Shown here: piece by piece, positions 53,872 through 63,471 of the stretch
Position numbering within the stretch: the stretch's first letter is position 1
Layout of the letters: each line of letters begins with the position of its first letter
Origin: an uncultured Alphaproteobacteria bacterium
Lineage (GTDB): Bacteria; Pseudomonadota; Alphaproteobacteria; HIMB59; GCA-002718135
DNA: 64,000 nt
NCBI GenBank assembly: GCA_902614085.1
Contig: CACMJS010000001.1
Coordinates: 197,397-261,396, forward strand
Direction of reading: 5' to 3'
Translations under genes and position numbers: made by a program
Notes under the pieces: generated by a model
Database searches by the model: none
Told to the model about the DNA's origin: nothing
The model's input: the letters and a program-made list of their open reading frames with translations, nothing else

Positions 53872-54738
53872 TTAGGAAAACATTAATTGTGAAAGCTTCT
53901 TCCTATATTGAATAGTAACTTGATCAGTATTTCCAAGTACACCAAAAAATTCTACCATCTTATTTTTTATACTATCCTTGTTTTTTGGATAATTTTTTAG
54001 AAGCAAATCCATTCCATTTTCATATTCTTTCATTGAAAAATATTTATCTGATATTTCTAAAATTAAATCAATATTATCTGGTTCACTTTCAAGCTTATCA
54101 AGTAGCTCATTTATATTTGGTCCGGATGAATTATTTTTCACAATTTCCATCTTCTTTAAAACCTGTTTAACCTCATCCTTTTCTTGCACATCTTTTTCTA
54201 ATGAGTTAATGAACGCACCTACTTCCTCAAATTGTTTAAGTTCGATCAAACACTCTAAATAAAAACAAATACCTTTAATTTCATCTGAGTTTTTAGAAAT
54301 AAATTCTAGAAGAATGTCTTTGATTTCTTCATACTTATTTTCAGCCATGGCGCTTTCTATTTCATTGTAAAATTCAGTGAAATCTTCATTAATTTTGGAT
54401 CCTAAGCATTTTTCAATAAATTCAATAATCTGACCTTCAGGAATAACACCCTGAAATGCATTAACAATTTGTTTATCTTTAAATGCATAGACTGTAGGAA
54501 TTGATTGAATTCTTAATTGCGCAGCAATTTGTTGATTTTCATCAATATTAATTTTTACTAAGGTGATTTTATCTCCTGATTTTGATATTATTTTTTCTAA
54601 AATTGGTGTTAATTGTTTACAAGGACCACACCAAGGAGCCCAAAAATCAACGATAATTAATTTACTTTTACTTGCCTCAATAACCTGATCATTAAACTCT
54701 GTTTCAGTAACATCGATTATATTTGAATTTTCACTCAT
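53872..54738 (-). CDS. Thioredoxin-TPR chaperedoxin (CnoX/YbbN)
   Basis: DFWAPWCGPCK thioredoxin domain plus helical C-terminus ending YRKKLSQLMFS. Confidence 0.9.
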   Translation of the reverse strand: MSENSNIIDVTETEFNDQVIEASKSKLIIVDFWAPWCGPCKQLTPILEKIISKSGDKITLVKINIDENQQIAAQLRIQSIPTVYAFKDKQIVNAFQGVIPEGQIIEFIEKCLGSKINEDFTEFYNEIESAMAENKYEEIKDILLEFISKNSDEIKGICFYLECLIELKQFEEVGAFINSLEKDVQEKDEVKQVLKKMEIVKNNSSGPNINELLDKLESEPDNIDLILEISDKYFSMKEYENGMDLLLKNYPKNKDSIKNKMVEFFGVLGNTDQVTIQYRKKLSQLMFS

Positions 54739-55247
54739 AAAGATTTGACTATACTATAACTATCTAGAGAAAAAATATGAATTTTTTTATTATTTTCAAG
54801 GAGGAAGTTTATAAACTCTGAAGTCTTTATACTTATAGTTGTGGTATTAATTAGGGGGTGGAAATTAATTATTTCACTGTTAAAAAGTTTTTCATCTAAG
54901 TAAAACTCAACAACATTATCTTTGTCATTAAGAAGTGCAAATGGTGAGACTGATCCTGGTTTTATACCCAAAAATTGTTCTAAATATTCAGCATTAGCAA
55001 ATGATAAATTCTTAGCATCGATAGATTTAGAAAATTGCTTTAAATCAACCTTTGCATTTTCATCACAACTAAAAAGAAAAAAATTATTTTTTTTATTTTT
55101 TAAAAATAAATTTTTTGTATGCGATCCTTTAATTTCACCTCTTAGATTTTCAGAATCTTCGACTGTAAATAAAGGATCATGATCATGAATTTGAAAATCT
55201 TTATTTTTTACACTAAGTAATTCAAATAAATCTGTCTTTGTAAGCAT
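54735..55247 (-). CDS. Prolyl-tRNA editing protein (ProX/PrdX, YbaK family)
   Basis: HDPLFTVE, TKNLFLK, LSFA, LGIKPGSVSPFAL, FHPL. Confidence 0.9.
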   Translation of the reverse strand: MLTKTDLFELLSVKNKDFQIHDHDPLFTVEDSENLRGEIKGSHTKNLFLKNKKNNFFLFSCDENAKVDLKQFSKSIDAKNLSFANAEYLEQFLGIKPGSVSPFALLNDKDNVVEFYLDEKLFNSEIINFHPLINTTTISIKTSEFINFLLENNKKIHIFSLDSYSIVKSL

Positions 55248-55304
55248 AAATAATATTATATTTATTAAGAAATAAGGTATTTAAATACAATTACAAAATT
55301 AACA

Positions 55305-56780
55305 ATGGGAAAAAAAGCAGTAGTTATTGGAAGTGGTTTTGGAGGCATTGCGATTAGTTTAAGATTAAAAAAATTAGGCTATGATACAACAATTATTGAA
55401 AAACTAGACAGCCTTGGAGGAAGAGCAAGAGTTTTTGAAGTGAATGGGTTTAAACATGATGCTGGACCAACGGTCATAACAGCACCATTTCTTTTTGATG
55501 AATTATTTAGTTTATTTGGAAAAAAAAGAGAAGATTATTTGAATTTTGTTCCTCTTGAACCTTGGTATAGATATTATTTTCATGATGGTAAAACTTTTGA
55601 TTATTGTTCTACAGTTGAAAAAACCAACAGCGAGATAAGTAAATTTGATAAAAGAGACATAGAGGGATATTCTAACCTTTTAAATCAATCAAAAAAAATA
55701 TTCGATGTAGGGTTTACACAATTAGCTGACAAACCATTTATTTCTTTTTTTAAAATGTTAGGAGTTATTCCTAATTTGATAATTTTGAAAAGTTATTTCA
55801 CAGTATCTCAACTTGTAAATAGTTATTTAAAAAATCCATATCTTAGAAAAGCATTTTCAATTCATCCACTTTTGGTTGGAGGCGATCCACACACAACAAC
55901 ATCTATTTACGCTTTGATTCATTATTTAGAGAGAAAATGGGGAGTATTTTTTTGTATGGGTGGAACTGGCAAAATCGTATCTGAATTAAAAAAATTAATG
56001 ATTGATTGTGGTATTAAAATTAAAACAAATACAGAGGCAAAAGAATTTATTGTTCAAAATAATAAGATAACAAAAATATTAACAAACAAAGAAGAAATTT
56101 CCAATATAGATTTAGTTGTTTGTAATGCTGATCCACCCATGGTTTACTCCAAACTTTTAAAAAAACAAAATTTAAGAAGACCTGTATTAAAAGAAAAAAA
56201 CTTGTTATATTCAATGGGACTTTTTGTTCTTTTTTTTGGTACGAAAAAACAATACCATAAAGTTGCTCACCATACTATTTGGATGACTGAAAGATTTAAA
56301 TCTTTGCTTCATGATATATTTAAAAATAAAATATTATCTGATGATTTCTCATTATACATTCACAGACCTACTGCAACAGATAAGTCATTTGCTCCAGAAG
56401 GTTGTGATAGTTTTTATGTTCTATGTCCAGTACCCAATTTACAAGGAAAAATTGATTGGGATGTTGAATCAGAAAACCTTAAAAATAATATAGTTAAAGA
56501 ATTATCTCAAACCATTATGCCAGACTTAGAAAAGAGTATTACAGATGTTTTTTGGATGAATCCTAAAGATTTTAAAAATGATTACAATTCTATGCACGGA
56601 GCTGGTTTTTCTATAGCTCCGATCTTTACACAGTCAGCATGGTTTAGGTATCACAACAAAGATAAAAAAATTAAAAACCTATATTTTTCAGCGGCAGGTT
56701 CTCATCCAGGCGCTGGAATACCAGGAGTTCTTTCATCAGCCAAAGTTGTTGAAAACATAATTAAAGCTGAATTAAAATAA
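55305..56780 (+). CDS. crtI: Phytoene desaturase
   Basis: IGSGFGG, DAGPTVIT, LLVGGDP..TTSIY, HPGAGIPGVLSSAK. Confidence 0.95.
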   Translation: MGKKAVVIGSGFGGIAISLRLKKLGYDTTIIEKLDSLGGRARVFEVNGFKHDAGPTVITAPFLFDELFSLFGKKREDYLNFVPLEPWYRYYFHDGKTFDYCSTVEKTNSEISKFDKRDIEGYSNLLNQSKKIFDVGFTQLADKPFISFFKMLGVIPNLIILKSYFTVSQLVNSYLKNPYLRKAFSIHPLLVGGDPHTTTSIYALIHYLERKWGVFFCMGGTGKIVSELKKLMIDCGIKIKTNTEAKEFIVQNNKITKILTNKEEISNIDLVVCNADPPMVYSKLLKKQNLRRPVLKEKNLLYSMGLFVLFFGTKKQYHKVAHHTIWMTERFKSLLHDIFKNKILSDDFSLYIHRPTATDKSFAPEGCDSFYVLCPVPNLQGKIDWDVESENLKNNIVKELSQTIMPDLEKSITDVFWMNPKDFKNDYNSMHGAGFSIAPIFTQSAWFRYHNKDKKIKNLYFSAAGSHPGAGIPGVLSSAKVVENIIKAELK

Positions 56781-56782
56781 CA

Positions 56783-57664
56783 ATGATTGATTTAAAGTTT
56801 AATTCATCTGCTGACCTTAAAAAGGAAGGCAAAAGTTTTTATTGGGCAAGTTTTTTTTTACCAAAAAGTTACAAAAAAAACGCTGGCACTCTTTATTCAA
56901 TTTGTAGATATTTTGATGATATTGCTGATAAATATAGTGAAGATCAAACTATCTATCTTAAAGATTCTATTGAAGAAATAAGGACTAATAAAAATAATAA
57001 AATAAATATTTTTTTGCAAAAAAATGAAATTAACAATTTAATTTTTATAGATTTAATAGAAGGATTAATATTGGACCAAAAAAAAATAAGAATTCAAAAC
57101 AAGGAGGAGCTTATAAAATACTCTTATCATGTTGCTGGTACTGTTGGGTTAATGATGTCTAAAATTATAGGAGTGAAACATAAAAAGGCAGCACGATCCG
57201 CAATTGATTTAGGTATTGGAATGCAGCTTACAAATATAGCACGCGATGTTTATGAAGATTCTAAAATGAAAAGAATATATTTACCTGCCAATTTGATACC
57301 TGATATATCATTAAAAAATTTGACTGATCTTCATAACAAAAGTCGAGAAAAAGATGAAAGAATATCAAATGCAATTCATGAAGTAATAGGCCTTTCAGAT
57401 AAGTTTTATGAAAATGGTTTTGCTGGTTTAAAATATATCCCGCTATCTACTAGACTTGGCATATTCATTGCAGCTAACGTCTATAGAGGTATTGGTATTA
57501 AGATAAAATCCAATAAAAAAAAATATTTAAGAGAAAGAGTATATTTAAACTTATTAGAAAAATCTTTAATTACAGTTAAATCAATTTTACTTTTTATTTT
57601 TATCCCCTTTATGAATTATCAGTATCAAAAAATTAGAGACAAGCTTCCAAATGAAAATTTATAA
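56783..57664 (+). CDS. crtB: Phytoene synthase
   Basis: GKSFYWAS, CRYFDDIAD, YHVAGTVG, QLTNIARDVYED, RIYLP. Confidence 0.95.
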   Translation: MIDLKFNSSADLKKEGKSFYWASFFLPKSYKKNAGTLYSICRYFDDIADKYSEDQTIYLKDSIEEIRTNKNNKINIFLQKNEINNLIFIDLIEGLILDQKKIRIQNKEELIKYSYHVAGTVGLMMSKIIGVKHKKAARSAIDLGIGMQLTNIARDVYEDSKMKRIYLPANLIPDISLKNLTDLHNKSREKDERISNAIHEVIGLSDKFYENGFAGLKYIPLSTRLGIFIAANVYRGIGIKIKSNKKKYLRERVYLNLLEKSLITVKSILLFIFIPFMNYQYQKIRDKLPNENL

Positions 57665-58733
57665 AGCTGCAATAATTGGCTTAGGTCCTAGTGGTTTAGC
57701 TGTAAATAAAATTCTTTATGGAGATAACTATAATGAAATTATTGCATTTGAAAGTGAAGATATAAACAAAAGAGATAATATTTTTGGTTTTTGGTTAACA
57801 GATTGGATGAAACCATTTGAAAAAATTATTGAAAAAAAATGGTACAAATGGACTATTGGTAACAAAAATACTGAAGTAACACATACAAGTTTAGATAAAC
57901 CTTATTGTGTCATTAGTTTTAAAACTTGGAAAAAATTTTGCTTAGAAACAAAAAATAAATTAGAAATCATAAACAAACAAGTTGTCCAATATTTTCCTGA
58001 ACAAAATTATTTTAAAATAATCACTGATGATGACAAAATATATTACGCTGAAAATATATATGATTCAAGATCAGCTAAAGAAAAGAAGGGTGAATTATTA
58101 CAACATTTTTTTGGAATTAATATTACCGTGGGAGATAATACTTTTAATGAAGATAAATTAACCTTGATGCACTTTACCGAAGAAAACAATGTATTACATT
58201 TTATATACATACTACCATTTAGTCACAATAAAGCGCTAGTTGAATCAACAGTTTTTTCAAAAGATGTTTTTCACAGCTCCTGGTATAGAGAAAAAATAAA
58301 TGATTATTTAAAGAAAAATAATATTAATAATTTTAAAGAACAGAGCTCAGAAAAAGGTGTAATACCAATGTTTTTTGCAGGGGAGAAAAGATCAGTCAAT
58401 TCAAATATCTTCAATATTGGTATTAGAGGAGGTGCGTGCAAGCCCTCTACTGGATATGCTTTTTCATTTCTTATAAAACAAATCCAATTGTTAAAAAATT
58501 CAAAGAACAATTATGTAAACATCCACAATTTCTTAGAAAGCAAAATGGATAAAGTTTTTATTAATTTTTTAAAAAATAACATAGAAGATGGAAGGTCATT
58601 TATAAGGCTTGCATCTAATCTTAATGGAAATGAATTCCAAAGTTTTATGATGGGTGAATCAAATTTACTAACTAAGTTAAAAATTATAAATAGTATGCCC
58701 AAGCTTCCTTTTATAAAAGAATTATTTAAATAA
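57651..58733 (+). CDS. crtY: Lycopene beta-cyclase
   Basis: IIGLGPSGL, DSR, QHFFG, FIYILPFS..KALVEST, EKGVIPM, GGACKPSTGYAF. Confidence 0.9.
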   Translation: MKIYKAAIIGLGPSGLAVNKILYGDNYNEIIAFESEDINKRDNIFGFWLTDWMKPFEKIIEKKWYKWTIGNKNTEVTHTSLDKPYCVISFKTWKKFCLETKNKLEIINKQVVQYFPEQNYFKIITDDDKIYYAENIYDSRSAKEKKGELLQHFFGINITVGDNTFNEDKLTLMHFTEENNVLHFIYILPFSHNKALVESTVFSKDVFHSSWYREKINDYLKKNNINNFKEQSSEKGVIPMFFAGEKRSVNSNIFNIGIRGGACKPSTGYAFSFLIKQIQLLKNSKNNYVNIHNFLESKMDKVFINFLKNNIEDGRSFIRLASNLNGNEFQSFMMGESNLLTKLKIINSMPKLPFIKELFK

Positions 58734-58734
58734 T

Positions 58735-59553
58735 ATGTTAGCTGACCTTACAATTTTAAATATTATTTCTTTTTTATTAATTTTTTTCATTGGTCTTCCA
58801 CATGGTTCATTTGATGGTGCAGTTGCTTCCTTAGTAGGTTTTAGAAACAGAATTCAATTTCTACAATTTATTTTTTATTATCTAATTTTATTTTTTCTAG
58901 TCATTTTATTTTGGTTATATTTTCCTATTATTGCACTAACGATTTTTATTATAATGACTATTGCCCATTTTGGATTATGTGATTGGACAAATTTTAAAAT
59001 AAATAAATATAAGTATTCTATAAGTTTTACTTATGGAATGACTATTATTTTTGGAATAATATTTTTTAATGAAGATCAATCTTTTTTGATATTTGAATAT
59101 CTTACAAATGATAATATTTACTCAATCCAAAAATATTTTTTCATCCCATATTTTTTAACATTATTATCGATGATATATTTTATTTATCTCACTTTTTTGG
59201 AAAAGAAATTACGAAAAGGAATTATTGAGATTCTATTTCTTTTATTAATTTTTTATTTTTTTGATCCGTTACTTAGCTTTGCAATATATTTCTGTTTTTT
59301 TCACACCTACAAACATTTAAAACATCTGATTAAAAATATTTATTTAAACTTAAAAAATAAATACTTTGTTATTTACTCCACAATAATTTTCACAGTAATT
59401 TCTTGGATTGGTGGTTTAGGAATTGTTTACTATTTAGTTCAAAATTTATCATTATATGAGTCGATATTGAAAGTAATTTTCATTGGACTTGCTGCTTTAA
59501 CGCTTCCACATATGTTACTTGTTGATATTGTTTACAGAAGAAGATTTAAATAA
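58735..59553 (+). CDS. blh: Beta-carotene 15,15'-dioxygenase (Brp/Blh)
   Basis: IGLPHGSFD, HFG..D, FAIYFCFFH...H, LAALTLPHM: four conserved His in TM helices. Confidence 0.93.
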   Translation: MLADLTILNIISFLLIFFIGLPHGSFDGAVASLVGFRNRIQFLQFIFYYLILFFLVILFWLYFPIIALTIFIIMTIAHFGLCDWTNFKINKYKYSISFTYGMTIIFGIIFFNEDQSFLIFEYLTNDNIYSIQKYFFIPYFLTLLSMIYFIYLTFLEKKLRKGIIEILFLLLIFYFFDPLLSFAIYFCFFHTYKHLKHLIKNIYLNLKNKYFVIYSTIIFTVISWIGGLGIVYYLVQNLSLYESILKVIFIGLAALTLPHMLLVDIVYRRRFK

Positions 59554-59607
59554 ATCGTTTTCTCAAATATTGACTTATAAACTCAAAGTGGTAATTGTGT
59601 AAATTAT

Positions 59608-59682
59608 GCGGGCGTAGCTCAGGGGTAGAGCGCAACCTTGCCAAGGTTGAAGTCGAGGGTTCGAATCCCTTCGCCCGCTCCA
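59608..59682 (+). tRNA. tRNA-Gly (GCC)
   Basis: GCGGGCG/CGCCCGC acceptor stem, GCTC/GAGC D-stem, CAACC-TTGCCAA-GGTTG anticodon arm, GGTTCGAATCC T-arm, encoded CCA. Confidence 0.98.
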
Positions 59683-59749
59683 AAATCCCTTACAAACCTT
59701 CTCTGTTGTCTGTTAAGTTTTTCTTAAATTAACTAATAATACAATTTCA

Positions 59750-59822
59750 TTGTGACTGAGTTGTGACAGAATAAAAATTATTAATAGGGTGTAGACATGT
59801 GCCATATGGGGTATGCCATACC
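59750..59822. repeat. Short direct repeats and palindromes downstream of tRNA-Gly
   Basis: TTGTGAC at 59750 and 59761; TGCCATA at 59800 and 59814; palindromes CCATATGG (59802-59809) and GGTATG-C-CATACC (59810-59822). Confidence 0.6.
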
Positions 59823-60063
59823 TTTATGTTGGACAGTCATATTTTAATCAAATTTGTATGTTAACTAGTTTTATATAATTAAGAGGGTATTAAAATACTT
59901 AACTCTTAAATTCAATTTACTACAGAATAATAAGCAAAAACATAAAACATTGGTAGAGTTATGACTGTTAAAACATTTTAAGTATTAATAGCTTTATGGG
60001 CAAAATCAAATATCATTATAGCGATGAGTTGTAGTAATTTTCTTAAGATGGTACTTTAGAAAA

Positions 60064-60900
60064 ATGAATAATTTATTACTTTACCAATACTTAGAAACGG
60101 AAAAAAAAGTACCTAGTTATTTTTTTAAGTATAACAAATCAATAAGCGGTGAAAGATTTGGAGATGATTTATCTCAAGATAAGTATGATAAAGAAGGAAA
60201 AATAAGAAAAATAATTTATGATGAGAATGAAATAAGATTTTTAGAATATATTGATTTTAGTACTATCAACTTATTTCATAAAACAGACAGAGTATCTTTG
60301 TTTGAATTATTTTCTAATAATGATGAAATATTGTTTCTATTAACAGATAGGGCTTTAAAATTTTCAGATAGTATAGGCACGCTAGTCAAATCAAATGACT
60401 CAATTGAAAATGTTATAAAAAATTCTCAATTAGCATTTCAGGATTTAAGAGTAATTATAATGAACATGATTACTCACAATTTAAATGAAGATAAAGATTT
60501 TTATTTATGCCTTGAGGATGCTGTTGGAGAAACACGTCAATATTCTGTAGATGAAGTTTTGCAACATCATTTAAGAATAGAGAATATCGCATCAAACTTT
60601 AAGGTAACGGCAATAGATGATTTTAATGAACACCAAGAAGATGCAAGTACAGAACATCAGTGGATAAAAGATAAAATAAGATTTGATGAAAAATTAAAAC
60701 AATATAATTTTTTAAACGTAAGTGAAATAAATTATGAAGATGATTACCATGACGTATTTGAAAAACCTGGAAAAATTCATTTAATCAATCACTGTTTTGG
60801 AGAAGAAGTATTTTTCATATTTGAAACTGGCGAGTGGAAATATTTTTTACCAATAGAATTTTTAGAAGAAGTGTCAAACATTGAAGTAATTACAAAATAA
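60064..60900 (+). CDS. Hypothetical acidic cytoplasmic protein
   Basis: 278-aa open frame, D/E-rich, no motif recognised. Confidence 0.7.
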   Translation: MNNLLLYQYLETEKKVPSYFFKYNKSISGERFGDDLSQDKYDKEGKIRKIIYDENEIRFLEYIDFSTINLFHKTDRVSLFELFSNNDEILFLLTDRALKFSDSIGTLVKSNDSIENVIKNSQLAFQDLRVIIMNMITHNLNEDKDFYLCLEDAVGETRQYSVDEVLQHHLRIENIASNFKVTAIDDFNEHQEDASTEHQWIKDKIRFDEKLKQYNFLNVSEINYEDDYHDVFEKPGKIHLINHCFGEEVFFIFETGEWKYFLPIEFLEEVSNIEVITK

Positions 60901-60903
60901 AAC

Positions 60904-61428
60904 ATGGAAAAAATTCTACTAATCTTCTTCATAGTTTTTTCATCTCTCCATGTAAAAGCTAATGACAGTAAATTTGATTTTTTTAATACAGATTATGAAA
61001 TTGATAAGTACCAATACGACGCAATTTCTAATGGCTTATTTGATATTTATATTGATACTTTAAAAATATATCTTCAAGAGAGCCATGTCCCATATTTATT
61101 TGAAAATGATAAGTCAAAAATTTTATATCCACCTTCCAAACAACTAAGTGATATCATTAAATACAAAGCAACATCAGTTGATTTAAATGATGATGGTGTT
61201 AATGAAGTGGTCGCATACACAGAAGGCTCTCTTGTTTGTGGAAGTAGTGGTTGTACCTCCTATATTCTCCAAAAAATAAATAGTGATTGGAAAATAATAG
61301 GAGAGTTTTTTCCAGGTCATATTTTTGAAATTAATAATAGCCAGACTAATGGTTTTCTACATATCTATTATGGTACGAACTTAGATTATAAATGTGAATA
61401 TGATGTTAAGGGCTACATATGCAATTAA
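60904..61428 (+). CDS. Hypothetical secreted protein with DLNDDG...CGSSGC motif
   Basis: Signal peptide (..VKA); DLNDDGVNEVVAY..GSLVCGSSGCTSYIL; additional C-terminal Cys pair. Confidence 0.7.
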   Translation: MEKILLIFFIVFSSLHVKANDSKFDFFNTDYEIDKYQYDAISNGLFDIYIDTLKIYLQESHVPYLFENDKSKILYPPSKQLSDIIKYKATSVDLNDDGVNEVVAYTEGSLVCGSSGCTSYILQKINSDWKIIGEFFPGHIFEINNSQTNGFLHIYYGTNLDYKCEYDVKGYICN

Positions 61429-61516
61429 TATTTGAAAATAGAAATCCCAGTATTCTGCCATTATTTGCTTAAAAGGAATCAGTAACAGGAAAGAAAATAA
61501 TAAAGCCCTGTCAGAG

Positions 61517-62809
61517 TTATTTGGCGTTTATTGTTGGTATAGATTTAAGCTTAAAATTCTTAAAGGCTGATGTCATAACTTGTCTAAGTTCATGTTGGTA
61601 TTTTTTTTCTACTACAAAAGAGTCATGGATATTTAAAACCGGTATTTTTTTATTAGTCATTTTCATGATGATGTACTCAGCTATCTGAGAATCAATGTTT
61701 TGTAGTTTAATACCAACCCCTGTAAATAAATATTTAGCAATTGATGGATGGTGTTGTTTAAAAACCTCTACAATTTTTTTATAACCTATTCCTTTTTGAA
61801 ATGTATCTTTAGAAGACAAAGCATTTGCAACTGTTTGAGAATAATATTTATCGCTGGAACAGTTAATAGCAATTAATATTGCGGTCTTTACTATTGCTCT
61901 TTTATCTTGATATCCTGATAAAGTATAAGCATCGGATGAATTATCTAATACTTTGTTTTCTTTGTCGTAAAGAAGATGAATATGAATAGAATTATAATCC
62001 AATTCAACAGTAGGTTTATTGTTAATTAGTAAATATTTTCTAAGTTCAATTTTCTCTTTATCATTAGTAATATATTGCCACCAAGGTCCATAAAATCTTC
62101 CACCTTGTTTCCAAGAACTGTTTGAAAATATCCGGTGGTAAGAATGTTTTAATGTATCAATCTTGTATTCGTTTTCTTTTATATAATCCTTTACCTGTTT
62201 ACTTTGCTTTAAGCTAATTTTTGTTTTGTTTAAGAGAGTGTTATATTTTTTTAGTATATTTCTAGATTTAGTTATTGAAGGAGTGTCATAGAAATCAATA
62301 AATTTTTTATTCTTATCCTTCAGTTGAATTTCATCTATTGGCAATTCCAACACATTACTATTATCAACATTGTATTTATTGATAATTTTATTTAGTTTTG
62401 ATGTAGCAATCATTCTCGAACGTCTTGCAGGTTTTAAATTATATCCACGTTTTGTTTTGATTAACCCAAGTTTTAAAAGTTCATCTATTGTTTTTATAAA
62501 AGGTCTATATCCAATTGATAAAGGGTCATATTTTTTTGGAACAATATATTCGTTATATCTTGCTGAATAGTAGACAAAATAGCGATTTAAATGATGTGCA
62601 TGAATTAGATTTGCTAAAATATTTTTGATGTAAACATCAAGACGTCTAATAGTTAATTTATCATTTTTTTTAACTAAGCTACAAATTTCACTTACAAGAT
62701 TTTCACCTTCAATACTTTTTAAAATGAGCAACTTGTTAAAAGGTATAGCCTTATGTAAAAATTTAGGTAGCTTCTCTTCTATAAAATCATAATTTCTTAA
62801 ACTTAACAC
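61517..62809 (-). CDS. Minimal family-A / T7-RNAP-related polymerase (TV-Pol-like)
   Basis: RIF...GGRFYG, motif A-like VELDY, motif B-like RAIVKTAILIAIN, LQNIDSQIA, motif C IHDSF; GTG start with SD GAGG. Confidence 0.75.
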   Translation of the reverse strand: MLSLRNYDFIEEKLPKFLHKAIPFNKLLILKSIEGENLVSEICSLVKKNDKLTIRRLDVYIKNILANLIHAHHLNRYFVYYSARYNEYIVPKKYDPLSIGYRPFIKTIDELLKLGLIKTKRGYNLKPARRSRMIATSKLNKIINKYNVDNSNVLELPIDEIQLKDKNKKFIDFYDTPSITKSRNILKKYNTLLNKTKISLKQSKQVKDYIKENEYKIDTLKHSYHRIFSNSSWKQGGRFYGPWWQYITNDKEKIELRKYLLINNKPTVELDYNSIHIHLLYDKENKVLDNSSDAYTLSGYQDKRAIVKTAILIAINCSSDKYYSQTVANALSSKDTFQKGIGYKKIVEVFKQHHPSIAKYLFTGVGIKLQNIDSQIAEYIIMKMTNKKIPVLNIHDSFVVEKKYQHELRQVMTSAFKNFKLKSIPTINAK

Positions 62810-62853
62810 AATTATTCCTCTTCATTGCCTAATTCAAAATCTATAATTAAAAT

Positions 62854-63429
62854 GTGGCACTAATTAAACGTTATGTATTATTTTTTTTCTCCCTGTTAAT
62901 TATTAATGTCCTCCTAGTTGGTGCCACCATAGTTAATGCTTCATCAATAGGTATTAAAGATGATTTACCTACTTGGAGAGTTGAGCCCATAGACAATGAT
63001 GGTGTGTTAATATCAAGAAACGGTCAGGTCCAAGTTGGTGATAATTTATATTTCTATATTTCTAAATCGAATTGTAATTACTTAGAAAACTTATTTAGTT
63101 TTTATACTGCCAATAATCATCCACGTATCAACATGCTTTTAGAAAAAAAGGTTTATATTAAAATTAACAACACCACTGGTTGGGCGAAGGTGCGTTTTAT
63201 CTATCCCTTTTTAATGGGTCATTCAGTATGGTTATCATTAGGTATGTTTAATATGGATGATTTTGCTGAAACACTTAAACCCCATGATAAATTTGAAGTT
63301 GTTATAATTGATAAAGAAAACTTTGTAGCAAAAGAATATTTTGATATTGAAACTAACTATTGGTATCTCGAAGGTTTAGATAATGCCCTTCGTAGAGGAA
63401 AAAATCTATGTCTTGCCTCAACCACATAG
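62854..63429 (+). CDS. Hypothetical secreted/membrane-anchored protein
   Basis: N-terminal hydrophobic signal; 191 aa with two Cys; no motif recognised. Confidence 0.65.
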   Translation: MALIKRYVLFFFSLLIINVLLVGATIVNASSIGIKDDLPTWRVEPIDNDGVLISRNGQVQVGDNLYFYISKSNCNYLENLFSFYTANNHPRINMLLEKKVYIKINNTTGWAKVRFIYPFLMGHSVWLSLGMFNMDDFAETLKPHDKFEVVIIDKENFVAKEYFDIETNYWYLEGLDNALRRGKNLCLASTT

Positions 63430-63471
63430 AACTAATTGTTATAATTTTGAGTTTAATATAACTTATTTTAA

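Noticed and set aside
59570-59605. sigma70 promoter for tRNA-Gly (TTGACT at 59570)
   Set aside because: A -35 hexamer is present but there is no convincing -10 at 16-18 bp spacing, so it was not called.
59683-60063. CRISPR array or second structural RNA after the tRNA
   Set aside because: Repeats are only 7 bp and occur in pairs; no repeat-spacer periodicity, cas genes or recognisable RNA fold.
591-62570. Many short antisense or alternative-frame ORFs in the track (e.g. 12567-12854, 39117-39530, 45173-45538, 47572-47889)
   Set aside because: They lie within well-supported genes and have shadow-ORF composition with no motifs.
61517-62809. Reverse transcriptase/retron or decayed PolA interpretation of the island polymerase
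   Set aside because: No YxDD motif; the motifs fit superfamily A (IHDSF); the frame is intact with its own SD and an N-terminus unlike PolA exonuclease domains.
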